From: Vermamoeba vermiformis
Lineage: Eukaryota
Reading direction: 5' to 3'
Length of the DNA stretch: 35,911 nucleotides
NCBI GenBank assembly: GCA_045837725.1
Contig: JBEWZL010000061.1
Location: 124,001 to 159,911, forward strand
Shown: piece after piece, positions 25,733 to 34,155 of the stretch
Layout of the letters: the number at the start of each line of letters is the position of its first letter
Numbering within the stretch: position 1 is the first letter of the stretch
Program-made: the position numbers and the translations under genes
The notes under the pieces: model-generated
What the model was told of the DNA's origin: nothing
The model's input: only the letters and a program-made list of their open reading frames with translations
Database searches by the model: none

Positions 25733-26790
25733 TTACAAAATATCGCTAGAACGAGAATAGCTCATTTCAACACTATCGCTGCTACTAGCATCATCATCTC
25801 CAATATCTTCGTCCATGGGGACATATTCTGATAATGATGAATCCTCGTGCACCAGCAAGTCACTATCGAGGGACTCATCTGCAGGTGCAGGTGCAGGTGC
25901 AGGTGCAGGTTCATGTGCATGTGCTTGTGCAACTTCGGCTGCAGTCGGAGGGTACAAGCCCTGAAACCAATGGCAAGTATCAAAGTTGGGATCTGCTATT
26001 GCCTTTAAATTTGGCTGGTACCCCCAAACTTGACATGACTGGGCCGTTTCATCCTGCGTAATGCCTTTCAGCATACCTCGAGTTTGTTGTAGGCTCTCTA
26101 AGTTTACATTCTCCCCAAAAGTTGGATCTTTTGCTAGCACTTCATCTGTGGCATCTTCGATCTTAATAAAATGGTTAGCCCGATCATTAATGTTATACTT
26201 ACATGTACTTACTCCATAAACATTGGCAATAACTGTTGAATGAATTTGTAATAGAATGCCAGCGTACTTGACAATGTTGTCCATAGCATCTTGCTCCTCT
26301 CTAATCTCCTCCTCCTCGTGTTGTGATTTGGGCACAACATGTGCCCGCCATGGCTTTGTTGATGCAGTGCCTGTGGTGGCAGCTGCCTTAAAACTGACTA
26401 CTGTCTCCACCGAATTGCCAGAATAAGTTCGTGTCAACTTAATTTGTCTCTTCCTTTTGATCCATTCAACCTTGAAATCATTTGCCACTTCGAATAATTT
26501 GATCATTTTACTAGTATAACTGGTGTTAGACTCAATTTGAGAAATAAAACGTAATACAAAAACTTACTTAATTTGTTCGGTTACGACTGCTGGATCTGAG
26601 TCAATCTCTCCAAATATCTTCAGTGCAGTGCTCAATTCCACCCAATTCAAAGAATTAATGGATTGAGGCGTTTCAATATTGAGCTTTCGAATAAACCAAG
26701 ACTGATCTGGTTGAATAAAAAAATAAAATTAAAATCAATTTCTTAGTATTACGATTCAAATAATTATTAATTGCACTTACCTAGCTTTGA
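25733..26790 (-). CDS. Hypothetical protein with a PA-dipeptide tract and acidic tail; 5' end unclear
   Basis: The 257-aa ORF splices in frame to an upstream exon (~26568-26707, DQSWFIRKLNIETP). A further donor lies at 26780. No recognisable domain. Confidence 0.55.
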
Positions 26791-27120
26791 GAGCCGAATA
26801 CTCCAACAGCGAAAGCAGATGCATAACCAACATCCAAAACACAGATGAATACAAACAATTCATGATGAAAGCCGAAAAAGCCGAAAAAATAGACAAACTC
26901 GTCAGTGTTGACTCCAAAGACACTGATTCGAAGGATGAACAAGAAAAAAATCGAGAAAAAAATCCGAATCGGATGGTGAAAAAGAAGAAGAGTCCTAGAA
27001 GACATCGATATTGAAATCCCTGATTTCAGAAAATTTGTCATAAACTGTATCATGAACAGAGACAAAGGTGACACTATACAACAAATCATCAAGAAAACAA
27101 ACATCAACGCCAATCAAATT
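26790..27120 (+). pseudogene. Frameshifted K/E/D-rich coding fragment truncated at repeat copy 2
   Basis: KAEKAEKIDKLVSVDSKDTDSKDEQEK then, after frameshifts, LEDIDIEIPDFRKFVINCIMNRDKGDTIQQIIKK running into the TTAA at 27119. Confidence 0.4.
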
Positions 27121-28269
27121 AAAGGGTGTTTAGGGCCAGGGCTGGCCAGTTTTTAACATTTGTTTTTTTAAAATAAAATTGTACTTCAAACATGGGTAAC
27201 CTTGTTCTTGGTGCAGCAGGAGGGCGTCAGACGGTCTGACGGCCTAGGGATGGGGGGTGCGTCAGACAGTCTGACAGCCTCAGGTGCAAAGGCATTGCAC
27301 CTGCACCTGCACCTGCACATTCAGTCATGCACTGCAACAGCAAAGGGCGTCAGACGGTCTGACGGCCTAGGAACGGGGGGTGCGTCAGACGGTCTGACAG
27401 CCTCTGGCAACGGGGGGTGCGTCAGACAGTCTGATGGCCTCTGGCAAGGGGGGGGTGCGTCAGACGGTCTGACGGCCTCAGGCAAGGGGGTGCGTCAGAC
27501 GGTCTGACGGCCTCAGGCAAGGGGGTGCGTCAGACGGTCTGACGGCCTCTGGCAAGGGGGGGTGCGTCAGACGGTCTGATGGCCTCAGGCAAGGGGGGTG
27601 CGTCAGACGGTCTGACGGCCTCTGGCAAGGGGGGGGTGCGTCAGACCGTCTGACGGCCTCAGGCAAGGGGGGGTGCATCAGACGGTCTGACAGCCTCAAG
27701 CAATGAGGTGTTGCATCAACCAAGCTAATACTACTAGAATGGGGAGGTACGTAAGACAGGCAAACAGTCTAGAGATGGCACATAGGTTCGGCATTGGCCT
27801 GTAGTCTTTGTGCTTGGGGAAGATGTCTGTTAGGGTATGTAAAGGGGGGAGGGCGTCCGACGCGTCCGACGGTCTCCACGTGCCTCAATTACCATATTAG
27901 GAAATTCTGGGAATTGTCAGAAGAATTACTTTGCAAAAAAAAAATCATGTACTGGAAAAGGGCGTCCGACGCGTCCGACGGTCTCCACGTGCCTCAATTA
28001 CCATATTAGGAAATTCTGAGAATCTGTAAGTCCAAAGAAAAAAACATGGAAGTGAAGCCCCTGGCAGCAAACTCCAAATAATGAAATGCACCTGCACCTG
28101 CACCTGCACCTGCACCCGAATACTGCAGCCACATTACAAGTAAGAAACACTGATTAACAAGTTCAATTCTTTCAAACAACAATTACAAAAGCTGGGAGGA
28201 CACTAATTGTCTTTGGAACGAAATGTGTGGTGCTAGTTCTTTGTTGAGCTCAACCAACAGACCTTCTGC
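27119..28269 (+). repeat. Long direct repeat, copy 2 (expanded palindrome array)
   Basis: Same TTAAAGGGTG start and colinear with 23161-23935, but with 12 palindromic units instead of 3. Confidence 0.9.
27223..27697. repeat. Tandem array (~35-38 bp period) of palindromic GCGTCAGACGGTCTGACGGCC units separated by G-runs
   Basis: 12 units counted. 8-bp arms with a 1-nt centre. Most variants are CG>CA/TG. Confidence 0.92.
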
Positions 28270-28399
28270 ATAGTTAATTCCTTTGCACCATATTTGCACC
28301 TGCACCTGCACCTGCACCTGCACTGCACATCTAGCAGGTGCATTTCCGTGGATGTTGCTCCAATTTTTTTTTGTTATGCAAGCATCAAATTCTTGTTTT

Positions 28400-29360
28400 A
28401 CTAATGTATACCTTTGTTAATACAGGTAATATGCATGTGTGTATTGCTAATATGAGAGGATATTTTGTTAAAGGCAAGACTGCAGCTTCATCCGACTGGT
28501 GGAAATTGAGGCCAGAATGGAAGTGTTGTGCTGTGGCCAACATCGATATAAACAGAAGAAAGAGGAATACTACATGAGTTACATGTACTAAATCCCTTTC
28601 AAAAGCAGGAGAAGAAGTAGATCCACTTGTCCAGCATTCTCTAACTACTGCAGAGAAGCCAGCGCCAATAATCAGCAATTTACCTATATAGGGCAAGGTG
28701 TCAATTGTATATTGCATTCAATTTTAACTATTTTTTGTTGATTTTTAAACGCATCTGAAGACTTGACCGCAGCATGTTCTCATGCTAAGCTACAGTTTCA
28801 AGCTATTTGCAATAGGGATTACCAGGCTCATGAATTGGTTACCCTTTACCTTGGGTGGCTCTTCAAAGCAATGCTGTAAGCCACACAAGTCCCAGATGAT
28901 CTTTCATCATTGATGGAAAATTGCTCGAGGCTAAAAGAGATTTTTTGAAAGGAGAAGAATTTACACTCGATTATGGTAAACTAAATATTTATTACATGTA
29001 ATTTAATTTCGTATCAGGTTGTGGATGCTGGGAAAGTTTGGAGGCCAATCAAACACCAGACTAAAGAGTAGAAGAAAGCAGAGGAGTAAAACAATGATAA
29101 ATAAAGACAAGCATGCTCTAAATAATGTGTACGAGCTTGGATCTTGCAGCAACAAAAAATATTGACTCTGTGGATAGGTAGTGCAGTGGAGAAAAAAAAA
29201 GGAGCTAACTTTAGACCAATAGGATTGCAGAACAAGGATTTTAGGATATTTGACCAGGAAACAGCTAGTTACTTTTAGGCGGGAAAACATGAGTCGGACC
29301 AATTTTCAGGTTCTACTCAATCCCAGCAATTGCCTGTTCATTGTAGTATGAGCACAATTA
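28400..29360 (+). pseudogene. Heavily decayed intron-containing coding remnant
   Basis: Protein-like fragments (GKTAASSDWWKLRPEWK; QAHELVTLYLGWLFKAM) with many stops. Residual intron at ~28976-29017. CpG-poor. Confidence 0.4.
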
Positions 29361-29368
29361 ACAGTATT

Positions 29369-29920
29369 CAGTCGCGGCCAAAAGTATCGCCCCACCTTAA
29401 AAAAATTATCCCTCCCCAGCAAGGGGACCCATGGCTGTAACAAAGATGTATTATATAAGTATATATAAGGTAGTTTTGCATATGCATGTGCGTTGACCTT
29501 TGGGGGTTGAATGGCCAGTGAGCAAATCTTGCGAAAGTTTCGGCACAAGTGCGGAAATGGGGTTCGGCAAATGGAATTAATTTGCGGCAATTTATTCCAC
29601 CAGGACCTAACCTCTTCCAGTTTTCAGCATATTTTTCTTAATTGACAAGGTACTTGTACTACCCATATATATTAGTAGCAGTTTGATTGGACTCCTCTCT
29701 AAGGAGTTAAAAATCAAAACCTGCTTTTCGCGGATTTTATGGCTCGGAAACATTCATTTGACCAAAACAACCTACACCAATGTTTGCCAGCGATGCAAAT
29801 ATAATGAAAAATACTATCAGAGCTGGCATATATTTTCAATAGGATATCTTCATAGTCCACCTCTTCAAAACTGGTGACGGCCCTAGTCAAGTGATGGGGC
29901 GATACTTTCGGCCGCGACTG
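29369..29920. mobile_element. MITE (552 bp) with Tc1-like terminal inverted repeats
   Basis: TIR CAGTCGCGGCCAAAAGTATCGCCCCA (29369-29394) / TGGGGCGATACTTTCGGCCGCGACTG (29895-29920), 25/26 match. Flanked by ATT on both sides. No ORF. Confidence 0.88.
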
Positions 29921-30756
29921 ATTTATTGTTTAATAAGCTGTGATGCTTCAGTGCCAATATTTTTTATATTTTGTTCTGAATCTGCGACCTGGATCAAACA
30001 ACACTGCTCTCCTCGCACAGCTAACAAAAGTCAATCCAAATTCAGCTGTGGTTAAACATTTTATTTGTGGTTATGGTAGACTAAAGCAGAGCTCTTGATG
30101 CTAAAGGCACAGCTTTGGGTAGTTTGGCACAGCTGAACATCCGGTCACAGGAGAAAGATAAGTTAGCACCTCTAAGGGACTGCTATCCACTGCTAATAAA
30201 GTGCAACGGGTGGTACAAGCTGTCCCATTCCAGTTACACATGGTGGCACATGAACAGCATTGCATCCCAACCTGATCTGATATTGCACCTTGAATTGCAC
30301 CTGCACATGTCGATCGCACCTTGTATGTTGTATTAACTTGTACTATTATCTTTAATTAAAATAAATGTTTATTTAAAATCAAATAGAGAACAATTTTCTT
30401 ATTAAAGTAGCCTTCATATTTTGCCTTTGTTTTTCTCTTTTTTGTTTTTGATCGGATGTTGGATCAACAATGAATCTATCTCCCAATATCTTTGGGTCCT
30501 ACAGGGTACACATTGCACCTGCACCTGCAGTAAATGGCCCTACTTAAAATTCGATCGCTTCCGCTCATTTTCCAAAAAAGACCAACAGTTGCCTCTAAAC
30601 TCGTATGAAAATTGATCTGAATCCCATCCTTCTTCTTATTCATATATACTACAAGGCTTGGCCAAACAGGGCTAGCCTCAAAAACTATTCAAAAAGTAGC
30701 AGAATCGAGAATATTTTGATTGGGTTACTTTGGAATTTTTTAGTCAAGTGCTTGTG

Positions 30757-30885
30757 GGTGCTAACAAGAGACATCAAGGACTAACAAGAGTTGCCCAGTG
30801 CTAACGAGGGTCACCAAGAGCTGACGAAGGTTGATGATGTGGGTGCTAACAAGAGACACCAAGCACTAACAAGAGTCACTAATGA
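30757..30885. repeat. Degenerate ~20-bp minisatellite with CTAACAAGAG core
   Basis: CTAACAAGAG or near variants recur about 6 times at ~20-bp spacing. Confidence 0.75.
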
Positions 30886-30904
30886 GTGAACATGACGAGG
30901 CATA

Positions 30905-32030
30905 AATAGTTTAAAGCTCTTTATTAGCAGTACATTACAATTTTACAAACCTGAAAATAAAGGGTTAGAATAAAACAAGCTTAAAATAAAGTCCTACAAG
31001 ATCAGGAGTGGGAGACGATCCACTAAAAAAAACTAAGTTGTAGGAGGTTGTCTCCACCGTGGAGACAATGTAAAAAATTCTAAGCACAAACCTTCGTGAC
31101 CACTCTGGTCACGAACTAAAATAATTTAAGTTCTGCAAGGTCGTCTCCACCACGGAGACGATCACTAAAAAAAAACTAAGTTGTAGGAGGTCGTCTCCAC
31201 CGCGGAGACGATCTACTAAAAAAACCAAAGTCCGCAAGGGTCGTCTCCACGTGGAGACGATCTATGAAAAAAACAAAGTCATAGGAGGTCGTCTTCCTGT
31301 GGAGACGATCTACTATAAAAAAACTAAGTCGTAGGAGGTCGTCTCCGCCGCGGAGACGATCTACTAAAAAAACTAAGTCGTAGGAGGTCGTCTCCACGGT
31401 GGAGACGATGCCAGAAAAAATAAGAGTCAAACAAACTTACCCTAAGCCATAGTGGGTTGTAGTGGCCACAATGTTCCATGGCATGTTATAATGGCCATGA
31501 GAGGAGCTGTAGAGCGAAAGGAAATTCCTGAATGAGCTGATTCGTTAAATCAAAATGCGTTACACAAGTAACCTTGGCTTACCTCACACAAGTTGCACGG
31601 TGGTGCTAATCCAGCAGTACCTAAGTTCACGGAGCGTACGAGGTGGCCAGAAGCACTGCACAAGTAATAAAAATTAGATGCCGCGCATCTAAAAATTTAC
31701 GGATTTAAATTTTTTTGCTTACCGAATGCTGCGCACGTGGGCTACCACCTAACGGCATTCTCCTTTGATTTAAGGCACGGAAGAACCACTGCAGTGAGCT
31801 CGAAGAACTTAAGTATGACCCGCAACCGATCAGCTGAAAAACGAAATATTAGTAAAATTAATTAAGTAATATACTGAATTTAATTAAGGGTTAGGGAAAC
31901 TTACCTTAGTGCACTGCGCACTGTACAAGGACATATTGGGAACAGACAGCCGATCGGCACACCGGTAACCTTGGCGGACGAAAGCAGTTGCGTTGCGGTC
32001 ACAACGCAACAATAACAAGAAAATCTTTTT
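30905..32030 (-). ncRNA. Putative spliced 5-exon transcript without a convincing ORF (lncRNA or pseudogene)
   Basis: Minus-strand GTAAG donors near 31904, 31722, 31582 and 31440, with matching YAG acceptors (last at 30951, with a CTAAC branch point). AATAAA at ~30920-30925. Longest spliced ATG-ORF is ~70 aa. Confidence 0.45.
31005..31412. repeat. Tandem array (~50 bp) of GTCGTCTCC-N4-6-GGAGACGAT hairpins separated by A-tracts
   Basis: Seven full or near-full hairpin units, one half unit, and one unrelated hairpin (TTCGTGACCA-CTC-TGGTCACGAA at ~31093). Confidence 0.9.
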
Positions 32031-32267
32031 CTAAATAAAATTAATTTCACGACCATTGTGGTGATCGTGTGCACTGGTGGGTGTTTAACCAAGTTTAGTT
32101 TCGGGCATGAATTTTTCAGCCGTGCCAGGATTTATCCCAGCACAAAAACAATTTTTAGCAGCACGTGCCTCTCGACGCACGTCGGTTTTCTCCGTCGACA
32201 CACGTCGGCTTTCGCGGCATTGACTAAATTGGCAAAGTGACCGTTACGCACGTGCGAGTGTAAAAAC

Positions 32268-32695
32268 TTTGACAGATCGACCACAAGGGTCGATTTATTT
32301 ATTTATTGTCATTACAGCATTAAGTACCGCGCCACGGCATTAGAGCCGCTCCAGCGCGAGTTATTTGGATCAGATGCTGATGTGAAAACGGTTGCATAAC
32401 GCGTTATTTCGCATCAGCAATGCCACAAATCGACCATAAGGGTCGAAATATTTATTTTATGCTGCTTATCACAGCAGACAGTGCCACGCCACGGTCGCCA
32501 CAGCCGTTCAGCGCGAGTTATTTTGAGATTTGATAGCTGCGAACTCGTATTCGCGACAGATCGACCACAAGGGTCGGTTTGTTCATTTAGATTATTTGTA
32601 TGGAATCAGCAGACACGCGCCAAACGACAATCAGCGTCGTTGCGGGACTCTGAACGTTATCTAAGTCGCGCGAATCTCCGAGATTATTAAAGGTA
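32268..32695 (+). repeat. Modular hairpin array, block 1
   Basis: 3 copies of TCGACC-N5-GGTCG(A), 2 of CGCC..CGG...CCG..CAGCGCGAGTTATTT, and hairpin GCTGATGTGAAA...TTTCGCATCAGC. Homologous to 33700-34155. Confidence 0.88.
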
Positions 32696-33549
32696 ATATC
32701 TAATACCAGCATTTATGATATCGTAAATTTATTTTTACTTACAACTCAATGTTTTAAAATTGGGATTTAATAATTTAAAAGCGCTTTTAGATTTAAAATT
32801 TAACAAAGATATCCGGCTTTGCGCGCCAATGCTTCTATTCCTTACTTTGTAAATTGCTGGTAAGAATCTTTATTATTGCAGTGCTGAATATTAACTCAGT
32901 TTGTTATTAGAAATGCTCTCATGAACGATCGAGCCCTTCAGATCGAGAAGTACGCGATCTACGCTCCGTCTCTAACACAGAGTAGATCTATTTGGTAAGT
33001 AATTCATTGCGTTAAATCGACGATTAATAACTGTACATACTCAGGAATCGTCAACGAGGCACTTGAACCAAGTGAGTGAAACTACCGCATCCAACATCGG
33101 ACCTTCCTTTGGATTAAGCTCATCGATCCCGCCAAAGGTAATAATAGAGCTTTATACATATTTAATACAACGTACTAATATTATGATTTACAGTTTAAGT
33201 GCTTGGCAGAGCTATGAATGGTGCCACGACACGGGGAAAACGCGTTCCGCAACTTCGCCAGTGAAAAATAGCGCAAAGGCGCAGCCGTAAATAATTCATT
33301 TAATATTTATGTCATTGCATCTCAATACTAACGCGTTAATCACCAGATTTGACACGGCATGTGGGTAACGCGGCACGCTGATTGGACTAGGCGTGGATCG
33401 AGGCTTGGCTATTTTAGAACGCTATCTTTTGGAGCAATTAATTAAGTGTAATAGGTTCAAGTAATAAAAAACGGTTCTTGTACATAAAAAGATTAAAAGG
33501 ATCCCGCGGGAGGAGTTTCGCAAAGATCTGGCGCGATTAATCCAAAACC

Positions 33550-34155
33550 TTTGACAGATCGACCACGAAGGTCGAAAGATTAATTTCAATTTTTAATTAA
33601 CAGCTGGCAGTTACGCGCCACGGTCGCAACGGCCGTTCAGCGCGAGTTATTTCAATATACTGAATTCGCACGGTCATCGGGAACGCTTTGTGTATGAAAC
33701 CTTGACAGATCGACCATAAGGGTCGATTTATTTAGTTATTACCATACGATTAGTTTATTTACAGCCTAGAGTAACGCGCCGCGGCACCAGAGCCGTTCCA
33801 GCGCGAGTTATTTTCGGTCAGAGCTGATGCGAAAACGGTTGCACGGGTTATTTCGCATCAGCAATTCAACAGATCGACCACAAGGGTCGAAATATTTATT
33901 ATCTATTGAATATTAACAGATGACAGTGACGTGCCACGGTCGCAACGGCTGTTCAGCGCGAGTTATTTCGATGACAAGTTGATGCGAAATCTAGATTCGC
34001 GATAATTCGACCACAAAGGTCGAGTTATTTAATTCATATGATTATTTACAGCATAAAAACACGCGCCAAACAACTTTCAGCGTCGTTCCAAGAGAGACAA
34101 TGCGCGAGATCAAGACTTGCGCGAATCTCGGTGCAGAGACCGAGATAAATCAAGG
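33550..34155 (+). repeat. Modular hairpin array, block 2
   Basis: 4 TCGACC-N5-GGTCGA hairpins, 3 CGCGCC..CAGCGCGAGTTATTT modules, and a perfect 12-bp stem GCTGATGCGAAA/TTTCGCATCAGC. Confidence 0.88.

Noticed and set aside
27223-27697. CRISPR array (palindromic repeats at regular spacing)
   Set aside because: Spacers are near-identical G-rich linkers of ~15 bp rather than unique sequences. No cas genes, and the context is eukaryotic.
27202-27723. ORFs 27202-27507 (+) and 27478-27723 (-) with repeated peptides
   Set aside because: By-products of the stop-poor tandem array. Variable G-run lengths shift frames between units.
23161-28269. LTR retrotransposon
   Set aside because: The direct repeats lack TG...CA ends, PBS and PPT. 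There is no gag/pol between them, and the interior genes contain introns.
31005-31412. CRISPR array
   Set aside because: Inter-hairpin segments are themselves repeated A-tracts, so this is a tandem repeat.
33765-33813. Integron attC-like sites (TAAC...GTTA imperfect palindrome)
   Set aside because: The AAC box is present in only one copy, GTTATTT does not fit GTTRRRY, and there is no integrase or cassette ORF.
33822-33863. Hammerhead ribozyme core (CTGATG..GAAA)
   Set aside because: CTGATGCGAAA lacks the CUGAnGA core and stem II, and it is fully paired with TTTCGCATCAGC as a simple hairpin.
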